This document shows positions 35,107-46,455 of a stretch of 64,000 nucleotides of DNA, piece after piece. This DNA is from Microthyrium microscopicum (lineage: Eukaryota): positions 159,751-223,750 of the forward strand of contig MU004242.1 in NCBI GenBank assembly GCA_010405405.1, given 5' to 3'. The translations under genes were made by a program, and so were the position numbers. The notes under the pieces were generated by a model, which was given only the letters and a program-made list of their open reading frames with translations, searched no databases and had not been told where the DNA came from. Position 1 is the first letter of the stretch; every line of letters begins with the position of its first letter.

Positions 35107-37380
35107 CTAGGCGTCGGGAAGAATTGATATGACACGGCCCAGTGCATCTGGAAAGGGCATATCATAGGTCCATTCGAACTTGTTCTCGTTCATAACCTTC
35201 GAGATTGTCATATGTCGAGCACGATTCGACCAAGTAGTGCCGTTTCGCCAATAACCGCCAAAGAGTTCCCAAGCTGCCAGATCCTGCATCATGCGGAAGT
35301 CGGATATTTCGAATCGCGACGCATAGTCGAAGACTTGCTGGCAGATAACACGAATATCTTGCGACGTCAGGGCCGCACACTCATCTAAGGGAGGCATGAT
35401 CTCGAACTCATGGATCATATTGTCGTTCGACATATGAAAACCCGCACTGAATTTGAAGGAAGACAACATTCCCTCCATGCTCGCGTTGTTTTGTATATCA
35501 TTCCCGCTTACTGCCGGCTGAACTGCTTGATTGACTAAAGTCGAGTCTGGATTTGCTGTTGGAATAGGTTGAGCCATAGCTCCTTGCACCACCGGGGCCG
35601 ACATAATGGACGCTGTGAGGTTCGCGTCTGTAAACCCATCCAGGAGGAAGCCGTCGTCGAAATTCTGCTGTTGGATGCCGTAGGTTGATGGTGGCTCGAG
35701 CAAGTAGCTCAAGATATTCATAATCTCGTCACCATATGGCTGGACCTTTGCATCTAATGGATCGTCTCGCCATTGTTCCCATTGAGTTTGAAGATGGATG
35801 AACCGACGGCGGCTTGAACGCTCGCTCCGATGACTAAAAGTCTCCTCAATCTTGTTCCAATCAATTTCCTTCACTGTCTTCGGGGTCCCATGAGATTCCT
35901 GAGTGCCCAAATATTCTTGAACAGTTTCGAGCAGAAAAAGATGTTCTTGATCGGTCCACTTGCCCGCGCGACCAGCCATGGTATTCGCAATTTGTCGATA
36001 CAATACGTTGTGTATCTCATCCCCATGAACCGCCAATTTCTCTTCCTCGGACAGAGTGGGGTGAGACAACAGGGCAGTACGGATTGCTATCATGTCACGG
36101 TCGTCAACGGCTGCCGCGCAGTTGTGACGAATCCATTGCAGCAATGAGGCGGTGATCCCCGTCCGCGGACCCATAAACGTCTTCTGTATCTTTGCCTGCA
36201 TAGTCCGACGTGACTTGATGTTGGCATTACGAAGCGGCACTGATTGCTGTACTAGGCGTAAAATGACAAGCCAAGCGTCTTTTCCGCCCTGAGGAGTGTT
36301 GGCTAGCGATGGGTTTATTTGGCCCATAGTGCGTTTCAATTGTGGTAGGCAGGATATGATTCGATACATTTCCAGTGTAGTCAAGCTATGGGTGGTCATG
36401 AAGGCGTTCAGTGTGTCTGTTACTTGGCGGATCTCCCACTTGGTCCATTGCCCATCCCGCGCTGGGCCTGGAGTCTTGCCATAGATTTGACGATTGCTAC
36501 TCACAGGGGTGATATAATGGTTTGCACCCAGCGCGGACAAGGCCTGGACATCGTAGAGCTCAGGACTCAGGTCAGCGCTTCCGGGGACCGGCTGTGGTAC
36601 TATTTGAGGCTGAAAATATTGTTGTGTGTTTTGCTGGCCCACAGCGACAGCGAGGTTCTGAGTTTGTGAAATATGAGGGAGCGAAGGATAGCCTTGACTT
36701 ATATACATTGGACCGGCATTCGTTACATGCAATGGAGCGGGATATTGCTGCTTCATCTGCGCCTTGGGGATAGCATATTGCTGATACTGGGCCACATTGG
36801 GCAATGGAGCAGAGCCTTGATTCATATGCACTGGAACGGCATTTGGTCCTTGCGACGGAGCTTGATGTCGCTGCTCCATCTGTGCCATGGGTAGAGCAAG
36901 TTGATGAGTCTGTGTAGCATAGGACGATGAGGCGTGGCCTTGGCCCCATTGTATTTGAGAGACATTTGGTCCACGCGACGAAGCTTGATATGGCTGCGCC
37001 ATCTCTGGCACGGCGACAGCGAGATGCTGAGTCTGTGTAGCATAGGACGATGAGGCATGGCCTTGGTTCCATTGTATTTGAGAGACATCTGGTCCACGCG
37101 ACGAAGCTTGATATGGCTGCGCCATCTCTGGCACTGGGACGGCGAGTTGCTGATTTTGTGTACCATAGGAGTGTGAGGCATGGCCTTGGTTCCATTGCAT
37201 TTGGGGGGCATCTATTCCATGCGGCTGAGCTTGATCAGACTGCGTCTCTTGAGATGCGTCTTGTTGGTCCATGGGAAAGTTGTTCTGTTGATCCACTGGG
37301 GGGAGCTCAGGTTGGTCTCCAGCGTTGAATGACATTAGGATCGATACATTGGTGGGATCCATTTGATAGTTCGGGTCCAT
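35107..37380 (-). CDS. Myb/SANT-domain protein, paralog 3
   Basis: GQWTKWEIRQVTDTLNAFMTTHSLTTLEMYRIISCLP and GKWTDQEHLFLLETV...IDWNKI...RSERSSRRRF. Likely start MDPNYQ at 37380; the ORF stays open to 37665. Confidence 0.78.
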   Translation of the reverse strand: MDPNYQMDPTNVSILMSFNAGDQPELPPVDQQNNFPMDQQDASQETQSDQAQPHGIDAPQMQWNQGHASHSYGTQNQQLAVPVPEMAQPYQASSRGPDVSQIQWNQGHASSSYATQTQHLAVAVPEMAQPYQASSRGPNVSQIQWGQGHASSSYATQTHQLALPMAQMEQRHQAPSQGPNAVPVHMNQGSAPLPNVAQYQQYAIPKAQMKQQYPAPLHVTNAGPMYISQGYPSLPHISQTQNLAVAVGQQNTQQYFQPQIVPQPVPGSADLSPELYDVQALSALGANHYITPVSSNRQIYGKTPGPARDGQWTKWEIRQVTDTLNAFMTTHSLTTLEMYRIISCLPQLKRTMGQINPSLANTPQGGKDAWLVILRLVQQSVPLRNANIKSRRTMQAKIQKTFMGPRTGITASLLQWIRHNCAAAVDDRDMIAIRTALLSHPTLSEEEKLAVHGDEIHNVLYRQIANTMAGRAGKWTDQEHLFLLETVQEYLGTQESHGTPKTVKEIDWNKIEETFSHRSERSSRRRFIHLQTQWEQWRDDPLDAKVQPYGDEIMNILSYLLEPPSTYGIQQQNFDDGFLLDGFTDANLTASIMSAPVVQGAMAQPIPTANPDSTLVNQAVQPAVSGNDIQNNASMEGMLSSFKFSAGFHMSNDNMIHEFEIMPPLDECAALTSQDIRVICQQVFDYASRFEISDFRMMQDLAAWELFGGYWRNGTTWSNRARHMTISKVMNENKFEWTYDMPFPDALGRVISILPDA
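36640..37200 (-). repeat. Coding 123-bp (41-aa) tandem repeat, about 4.5 units, in paralog 3
   Basis: Unit QWNQGHAS.SY.TQ...LAV.VPEMAQPYQASSRGP.VSQI; CCATTG anchors at 36946, 37069 and 37192 are 123 nt apart. Confidence 0.9.
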
Positions 37381-37444
37381 CTGGAATGGTCGAGGTTCGT
37401 TTGGAGGGTCGTCTCTGTGACTTATTGTACGCTCAGAGGAATTG

Positions 37445-37526
37445 AAAGAAGTATTTGGGTGATTGGTGTGGGAAGTGGCTTTAAAAGAAGTATTTGGGTG
37501 ATTGGTGTGGGAAGTTGCTTTGAAAG
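37445..37526 (+). repeat. 39-bp tandem duplication upstream of paralog 3
   Basis: aaagaagtatttgggtgattggtgtgggaagt(g/t)gcttt occurs twice. Confidence 0.9.
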
Positions 37527-38829
37527 ATTGGGTTGGAGAGTGGGATTGGAGTAAGTTGACAGAACAGAGTTCACTGAGCAACAAAAGCTTAAGAAGATGC
37601 TGAGAGGACCTGCCATCAACAGTCCAGTCACTTCTGGTGAGCTGAAGCCGTGATGCTGTATCCATAGTGATCGATATATGCCTTTGTTGTCGTGTCTATA
37701 AGCATCAATGGAACCTTAGGGGTTGCCATATGACAACCGGTCACTGCTATCACCACCTCAAAAAGATGGAGATAGGTTATAGAAGCGTATATCACGGTCA
37801 AATGATAGGGGTCAACAAAGGCATTGTTCTCTCACTATACATGAGCGCGATCATAATAAGGACTTAGGTGCTGAAGGTTGATTGTTGATAGCTGCTGAAT
37901 AGCAATAGAGTCACTACCCGTTTCTACAGCCGCGAATTCACCTCGACCTCGAAGCAACTGTACACGCAAATTTTGAAAGCGCGTCAACATTGGAAACATG
38001 TCGCAGAGAATCTGAACTGGGAAGCATCCATTGAACAAGTAATAGCGTATCAAGTAATAGCGTCAAACTACTCCACCTCTCTTTTCTCAAAGATTGTGAT
38101 TTTGCAAGCCGGCAAGAGTCATTCTGGCGCATAACAGCGATGTCCTATTCTACCCGAGTAGGACCTTGGTTTTGTGCCTATTATGTCTTCGCAGATAGTC
38201 GGCAACCCTCTAATGCTTTGACGTGAAGATTGAGCACTGCAATTGTCAGCTTCTCTGTGCACTTTAACAGCTCCAAGAGAGTTTCTGATGATATTGATCT
38301 TCTACCATTCGCGTGATGGCTGACCAGATCTCAATGTGCGAGTGGAAGTGCTCAGAACGGCTCGTTGATCAATTTCCATCCCGTGTCAGATGCCAAATCT
38401 GCGCCACCCCCTGCACGACTTGAGGTTGTGGCGATGAAGTATTTAGGATGTACAAACAAAGGGATTCACAGCTACTTTGTTCTCTCGACTCCATCTTTGA
38501 GCCAAGGAGGATCATTGTCTCCGAGTGGTTTTAACGTCTTTGTTGTTATACTGTCTCGATTATGTGTCCTCCCATATTGTCTCACTTTTCTGACTATAAA
38601 GACTTTAATAGTGGGAAGAAGAGAAAAGTATACAGCAGTTCAACGACATACTCCGTTTCTATCAGACTACAATCCTTTTATATATTCACCTTATAGTGCA
38701 TTATCTTCTGATAATCTCGTTGCCATCTTCACACCAGTATATACTCAAAATACATTTATAGCCAATTCATCATGGCTCTAAACTCATCATTTCAAGCCAC
38801 ACAATCAGCATACCTCTACCACAAGGAAT

Positions 38830-39564
38830 ATGCCAAACAACGGATTGCCTCTGACTCCGACTTCTAGCCAGGTGTCCAGCCGAACTCCATCTCCCAGACC
38901 AATCCCTATGGTCGAAGATTCCGGGCGTCTATACCCAGACGCCAGACCAACCTACGACATTCCACGTAGGCCAGTCCCCATCCCGGATTGCCCAAGCAAT
39001 CCATGCTCTCACCAGGGCGAGGCCATCATGTCTCGCCCGCAAACCAGCCGCCCACATACCAGCGGCATGCGAAGCTGGGTTTCCCTCAAGAGAAACGTCT
39101 CACTTCGCAGTGTCGCTGCACCTCTGCGCAGGAAAGTCTCGGACGCAACTCGTCCACTACGCGCAGAAGCAAAGGTTCGGGCAAAAGCCGCCCTACAATC
39201 CCTCGTATATCCCAGATGCGCGTTCGAGGACGTGGAAGACTGGGATACCTATATCGGTAATTACTACCGACATGAGTGTCCAAAGTGTCCCATCCAAAAG
39301 CGAGCCGCATTCAAGCGCTTGTCAGACAAGGAGAAGGAAGAAGACCTTGATATCGAGCGACGCAAGCGTCACGTTGCGTTCCTGCAAGCCAAGGTCAACA
39401 AGCCAGACCACGTGGCACTCCCGTTCACCTTGGAGTGCCTAGCAAAGGCTCTTCGCGAGCTGGAGGTTCTGGAGGGCAAGCGGGCAGCGAGACGAGAGCG
39501 ATTGAATCCTCCTGTCGTCAACGACGGGGACATTCGCGACCGCCTTGGTGCTCTGCGCGACTAG
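38830..39564 (+). CDS. Hypothetical 244-aa basic protein
   Basis: Intronless ORF with coding-like GC and codon bias against AT-rich flanks; S/P-rich N-terminus, HECPKCP motif, helical C-terminus. Confidence 0.65.
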   Translation: MPNNGLPLTPTSSQVSSRTPSPRPIPMVEDSGRLYPDARPTYDIPRRPVPIPDCPSNPCSHQGEAIMSRPQTSRPHTSGMRSWVSLKRNVSLRSVAAPLRRKVSDATRPLRAEAKVRAKAALQSLVYPRCAFEDVEDWDTYIGNYYRHECPKCPIQKRAAFKRLSDKEKEEDLDIERRKRHVAFLQAKVNKPDHVALPFTLECLAKALRELEVLEGKRAARRERLNPPVVNDGDIRDRLGALRD

Positions 39565-39811
39565 GCTAGCCTTTGGGCAAGTACCAAATCCAATTACCTT
39601 CTTGGCATCCCTACGGTGAGGTATGGATGTCGCTGCGGCCTGATAAAGGCTAAAGCATTTAAAATATCAATATCAATATAACTTTTTCTTCTAGAATCAA
39701 TTATCTTCTGTATCAAATTCTTTTTTTGTGAAATTATCGGTCTTCGCTTTCTACCGACTAACCATCTTATCGAGCATTCACAGTGAATCAAAAAGAAAGC
39801 TTTTACCAGCT

Positions 39812-40500
39812 ATGGACTTCTCGAAAACGACCGCCGTCATGGACCCAAAAGAACACCCCAAACTGACTGAAGATAAGATAATAAACATTTTCATTCATCG
39901 TGTCGACCGCCATCCTTCCAACATAACAGTTCAGGGACACCTGATTTTTGATGAAAGATAGAAGTTTTTGTTCTAACAAATCGATGATAGAATGGTGCTA
40001 ATTAACATAATAGCGTACTTACATGCCTGCCATTAAAGCTAAAGTACGGTAATTCTGAACAAAGAAAAGGTATTTCCAGGTATCGACGGACACGAAAACA
40101 TGGTGACGTTTGGCAAATTACTAGTTCGAATATAGATGACCTCTCCTCTCGTTACTTTAGTCAGTTTCTTCTGATACAGCTTTGTTGTTAGCACCACCCA
40201 TACTATTTGTATATATCTCGTTTGTATTCCCCTATTATCCTCCTGTAACAAAAATAATATCGAACAACCACGGAACTACTCCAATCACCACAGCTCGGAA
40301 AATCCACATGTACCTGTATCATAATAATTCCCCGGCACTTGTATTTCTAGCGCTTAAGGGCATCCATCTTCTACCCACAGAGCCTCCAAAGCTTAAACCA
40401 CGACATCAGTACTACAAAGACCTATCAAAATGTTTCATGTAGAATTGATTATCCTATAGACCTAATTGAAAAACTACTAAATACCAATACTCCGAACTCA
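39812..40500 (+). pseudogene. Possible RIP-degraded coding remnant
   Basis: AT/TpA-rich. The frame from the ATG at 39812 reads protein-like but is interrupted by five stops, all TAA/TAG, in about 110 codons. Confidence 0.25.
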
Positions 40501-40695
40501 CTATTAACTTAAACAACTTAACTTCACTTTGAGGCTCCGCAACTTCGCCTCGTCGTTATGTAGTACCAGCGACTAATCTATGGTTGTCTAAAACGATAGT
40601 TCATCTAGTGTTGTGACTTTTTCAACTTCTTGCTTTAATATTTGCCAACATCTCTCTCGATGTCCTAAAACACTTTCTTGGAGACTATCTTCAAA

Positions 40696-43270
40696 ATGCG
40701 TATCCACCACGCCCTTCGATGGGTTCCCCTCTGGGCAGCGCCCACAGTCCTCGCCGCCAAACCATGGAATTCAACAAACGAAGCCACCGGAGAAGGCGAT
40801 GACTGGACATCCCCAATCGTTGCGCCCCGTACGTATATACTTTTACCTTATCCTCCTCCCTCCTACCACAGCTACACCACCTCCATTCCTCCATCCACTA
40901 ACATGAACCGCAGCAATCCACAGCGCCACAGGCCCCTGGGCCACCTCCCTAACCCGCGCCGCCAACATAATCTCCAAAATGACCAACCCCCAAAAAGCCG
41001 CCCTCGCCCTCCCGCACTCCACATCCCTCCTCGCCATGATCCCCGGCATGGGCGCAACCGGCTGTTCAGGAATCTCCGGCTCCGGCTCCCTAGAAACCAG
41101 CGGCTACCACGGCATGTGCCTAACCGACGGGCCAGCCGGCGTACGCGGAACCGAAGGCGTAAGCGGTTTCCCAGCCGGTCTACACATCGGCGCGACCTGG
41201 AACAAGCTTCTAGCCCATGACATAGCGACAGCAATGGGCTTAGAGTTCAAACGAAAGGGCGTACACGTAGCCTTAGGCCCAGTAGCAGGTCCACTAGGAC
41301 GGGTAGTGAAGGGTGGAAGAAATTGGGAAGGGTTTAGCGTAGATCCGTATTTAAGCGGGAAGATGGTGGGGGAGTATGTGGCGGGGATGCAGAGGAGTGT
41401 TATTGCGTGTGTGAAGCATTTTGTCGGCAATGAGCAGGAGACGCACAGAAATCCGAGCGGGTTGGTGAGTGCGGTGAGCAGTGATGTCGATGATCGGACG
41501 ATGCATGAGGTGTATTTGTGGCCGTTTCAGGATGCGGTTCGGGCGGGGGTGGGGAGTGTGATGTGTTCGTATAATAAGATTAATAATACGTATGGGTGCG
41601 AGAATAGTAAGGTGTTGAATGGGTTGCTTAAGACGGAGTTGGGGTTTCGGGGGTTTGTGGTTTCTGATTGGGGTGCGCAGCATAGTGGGTTGAATAGTGC
41701 GGTTAATGGGTTGGATATGGTTATGCCTGATGCGGGTGGTTGGCGAGCTGATGCGCTGGTTACTGGTATTACCAACGGCACTGGAAATGGGACTTTTACG
41801 CAGGCTAGACTGGACGATATGGCGACGCGGATTCTGGCGACGTATTATCAGCTCAAACTCGACGTCCCAGACTTTCCGGCTCCTGGCGCGGGAATGCCAG
41901 CGAGTTTGACGAAACCGCACACATTTGTCGACGCCCGCGATCCAAAATACCGCAAGACCATCTTCCAAGCCGCCGTCGAAGGCCACGTCCTCGTCAAAAA
42001 CGTCAACAACGCCCTGCCCCTAAAATCCCCCAAACTCCTCTCCCTCTTCGGCTACGACGCCTACGCCCCTCTCGAAAACAACCCTTCCGACGGCGTAATA
42101 GGAAAATGGGCAATCGGCATGGAATCCGTCGGCGGAGACCTAACCAGCCTAGCATCCATCCTAACCGGCGCCCCCCAACCAAGCAGCGCCAACAACGGCA
42201 CTCTAATATCCGGCGGAGGCAGCGGAAGCATCACCGGTCCGTACTACTCCACGCCACACCACGCATTTGAGCAGCAAGCCTGGGAAGATGGCACATATCT
42301 ACACTGGGATTTCAAATCGATTGCGCCAGCCGTGAATGCGGCGAGTGAGGCGTGTATCGTGTTCATCAATGAGTTTGCGGGGGAAGGATCTGATCGGACG
42401 ACGTTGGCTGATAAGGATAGTGATACGCTTGTCAAGAATGTGGCGGGGAGGTGTAGGAATACGATGGTGGTGGTGCATAATGCTGGGGTTAGGTTGGTGG
42501 ATGCGTGGATTGAGAATGTGAATGTTACGGCGGTGATATATGCACATTTGCCGGGGCAGGATAGTGGGAGGGCGTTGGTGGAGGTTATGTATGGGAAGCA
42601 GGCGCCGAGTGGAAGATTGCCGTATACTGTGGCCAAGAAGGAGGAGGATTATGGTGAGTTGCTGAATCCGAGTGTGGCCAGGGTTTTGAGCAACAGTCCG
42701 CAAAGTAAGTCCTGAGCATGAAAGCTAGAGGGACGATGCTGACGTGAAATAGGTATTTTCAAGGAAGGCAGTTCCATTGACTATCGTCACTTCATTGAGA
42801 AGAAGATTGTGCCACGGTATCCATTTGGTTATGGTTTGACATACACAACATTCAACTACACATCCCTCGAAATCAGCACGAACGTCAAAACAATCTCGCG
42901 CCTCTCCACCACTGCATTGAACTCTACGGCCACAGAACCGCTACCACCAGGAGGAGATCCCTCGCTCTTTGATGTCCTAGTAGAAGTAACATGCTCAGTC
43001 ACCAACTCCGGCAAAGTCGCCGCAGCAGCAGTACCTCAGCTATACGTTGGCATACCAAATGCAGCGAAATGGCAACTACGTGGCTTTGACAAGATGGTGA
43101 TTGAGCCAGGCCGAACTCAATCGTTCAAATTCCCGCTCACACGTCGTGACTTGAGCGTGTGGAACACGGTTGTGCAGCAGTGGGAAGTACAGAAGGGATC
43201 ATACTCGATATCAGTTGGTGATAATGTTGAGGATCTGCAAGTTCAGAAGACTTTGGAGGTTGAATATTGA
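40696..43270 (+). CDS. Secreted GH3 beta-glucosidase, two introns
   Basis: Signal peptide MRIHHALRWVPLWAAPTVLA; TDGPAGVR, GGRNWEGFSVDPYL, KHFVGNEQE, LLKTELGFRGFVVSDW (nucleophile Asp), PFGYGLTYT, and an Fn3-like C-terminus. Confidence 0.96.
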
Positions 43271-44614
43271 GCTTAGTAATTCATACAGTGGCCATCGATT
43301 CAAGTATGCCTCGTGTCTCCTCAGGTCGTCCCGCGATGGTGCGAAGCCTCGGCATAGTTGTCGATTGATAGAATGATGTAAGAGTGGCCAGAATTGCAGA
43401 ATTGAGACATTTGAAGAGGTAATGGAACCCCTGTACAAACGATGAAGAAAAGGTGCCTTAGCAGTTGTCGTTCATCATCAATCAACCAGGGTCCAAGACG
43501 GCGTTGATGCCGATAGGTTGGTCAAATTCACAAAAATAGGCGGATTGTATGGCATGCAGTAGCTGGAACGTAACGAGCCCTAGCTTGGAAGTTAGCCAGT
43601 TCAAACTTGATCTAAACAAGTATAAATTACAGATTAGTTGAAAAAGTTGGTACAGGTTGGTTAGTAGTTAAAGGTTTCAAGGAATCAGGATGGAAAAGTC
43701 GCATTTGCCATGTGTTTTCTCGTTGATCGAGATTCCAGTGCCAATCATAGTACGTCACCTTTGTTATGCGCCAATCAGAGGCAAGAACAGAGCAAGGATG
43801 TAGAATGGAAGCAAGGAGTTGTGGCCGTTTTGAGTTCTTTGATCGACTTTGCAGTGTATTTTTACTTAACTTCTCATCTTTACCTGTCATACTACGCCCA
43901 GAGGAGAAGGCTTGATACTGGTATCAACTTCATTTCGTCTGTTTCCCGTCGTTCCTTCTTTTTTTTCAAGAAACTAGGCTGCTCCTTCTCACCTTATCCA
44001 TCAGCTCCTTCCCTTTGATAGTGGGCTGGAGCTTCCTTTTCTACACCGCTTACCCTCTACGTCATTTGGCCAGGGCAGCAACTTCCCGTACCTCAGCCTC
44101 TCTACCGTCTTTATCTGTTTGTTTAATTGCTAATCCTATACGATACACGGATCAAGTACTTGTGCATCTTGTACCTGTTCCGCCCAGTGTCACCCGCGGG
44201 GTACTTCCTGTCCTCGTACCAGTTCCTGTGCCATGACCAACTTGTCAAACTAGCTGCCAACCTCCAAGCTTTAACTCGTGATTTTCCCCCAATTCGCTCT
44301 ATTCTCTACCCAACCATATCCCGTTGCCTATTCACGCCTTCGCCCTATTCGCCCTGCTATATCCTCTACCAATAGCTCCACGTCTCCTTATTCTGCTCTC
44401 GTCACCTCAATATCCTCAAGCTACGCCGCAAAAACTCCCAGTAACGCCTGCCAACTGGCTCTCGACCTTTTGCTCCTTCCTTCCTCCATCTACGACATCT
44501 CGATCCTCAACCAATACCGCAAAAAATAGCTGTTCCTCAAATCTCCAACTCAATCACACAAACCCCCGCTTCCGATTCTTACACTCAATTTGTCTATACA
44601 AGAGCTAGAGCAAT

Positions 44615-46455
44615 ATGGGTGAATCCGTGACTGTCCCTAAGCTGGACGGCCGTCTATTGCTGATTTCCAATCGACTTCCTGTTACAATGAAACGAAATGA
44701 CGACGGTCGTTATGACATGTCAATGTCCTCCGGTGGTCTAGTCAGTGGATTGAGCGGAATGAAGAAGACTACCGTTTTCCAATGGTATGGCTGGCCAGGC
44801 ATGGAGGTACCCGAAAAAGAGATTCCAGCACTCAACGAACAACTACTCAAAGAATACAATGCAATTCCAATCTTCATGGACGACAAACTGGCTGATAAGC
44901 ATTACAATGGCTTCTCAAGTACGTCTCATTTCTTGTTCATCCAAGCTTCGCTAACCATTCGTAGACGAAATCCTCTGGCCTCTGTTCCACTACCATCCCG
45001 GCGAGATTACATTTGACGAATCTGCTTGGGAAGCCTATACCACCGTGAACCGCATGTTCGCAAAAGCCATCGCCAAAGATGTCAAGGATGGTGATACTGT
45101 CTGGGTACACGACTACCATCTCATGCTCATGCCTGCAATGCTCCGAGAAGAACTTGGTGATCGCAGAGACAAGATTCAAATTGGCTTCTTCCTTCACACA
45201 CCCTTTCCCTCCAGCGAAATATATCGAATCCTTCCAGTTCGTAATGAGATCTTGCTGGGCGTGTTATCTTGCGATCTGATTGGATTTCACACATACGACT
45301 ACGCACGACATTTCTTGAGCAGTTGTTCGAGAATATTGTAAGTTAAGCTGTGACTCTAAGAAATATGTCACTGACAATTCATCAAGAAACCTTCCAACTA
45401 CTCCCAACGGAGTTGAGTACGAAGGCAAAACAGTCTCCGTCGGCGCTTTCCCTATTGGCATTGACCCAGAAAAGTTCGATGAAGGTCTACAAAAACCAAA
45501 AGTGATAGAACGCATCGCAACACTCAAGGAGAAATTCAAGGGTGTAAAGCTCATGGTTGGTGTTGATCGACTCGACTACATCAAAGGTGTACCTCAAAAA
45601 CTTCACGCTCTCGAAGTATTTCTCAGTGATCATCCTGAATGGATTGGAAAGGTGGTCTTGGTGCAAGTCGCTGTTCCAAGTCGTTCTGATGTTGAAGAAT
45701 ATCAAAACCTTCGCCAAGTCGTCAATGAATTGGTTGGAAGAATCAATGGAAAATTTGGTATGACTAAATTCTCCTCTTTAAGCTTATCCGTCTAACAAAT
45801 TACTTAGGAACCATCGAATTTATGCCAATTCACTTCATGCACAAATCAGTGTCGTTTGATGAGCTCATCGCTCTATATGCGGTCTCTGATGTCTGCTTGG
45901 TCTCCTCGACTAGAGACGGCATGAATCTAGTTTCCTACGAATACATTGCATCCCAGGAAAAGAACCATGGTGTCATGGTTCTCAGCGAGTTCACTGGAGC
46001 AGCGCAAAGCCTAAACGGCAGCATTATTGTCAATCCATGGAATACCGAAGAGTTGGCGGATGCAATCCATGATGCAGTTACCATGAGCGATGAGCAACGC
46101 GCTGCAAACTACGTCAAACTGTCCAAATATGTACGCCGATATACCAGGTAAGTCATCTGATCTGCGCAGGACAACAGTAACTAATCAATCCAGTGCTTGG
46201 TGGGGAAACTCATTCGTAGCAGAGTTACAACGAGTATGCCACAACCACTCCCAAAAATCACCAAATCTCAAGCCCAATACATCAGAAGGCCACAAAGCAC
46301 AACGATTCGAAGCACCGCAAGAGGAGAATGGAGGAGTCAAAACACCCACTGGTCATCCTGTTGATGTCCAGCCTACTCCGGAAAGCTCTCCTCCTCAAGA
46401 TTTCGCATCCGATACCACATTGGCCACTCCACAAGAGAAATCCCCTCGGGCATGA
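44615..46455 (+). CDS. TPS1: Alpha,alpha-trehalose-phosphate synthase catalytic subunit, four introns
   Basis: RLLLISNRLPVT, SSGGLVSGL, WVHDYHLML, GFFLHTPFPSSE, GVDRLDYIKGVPQK, RDGMNLVSYEY, LSEFTGAAQSL. Confidence 0.97.

Noticed and set aside
37381..37665. N-terminal 95 codons of the 852-aa ORF as real coding sequence
   Set aside because: It overlaps the block that aligns with the upstream region of paralog 2, where the translation is not conserved. More likely promoter or 5' UTR.
44233..44253. Six-codon uORF (MTNLSN*) upstream of TPS1
   Set aside because: Unknown whether it lies within the transcript; a single short uORF is expected by chance.
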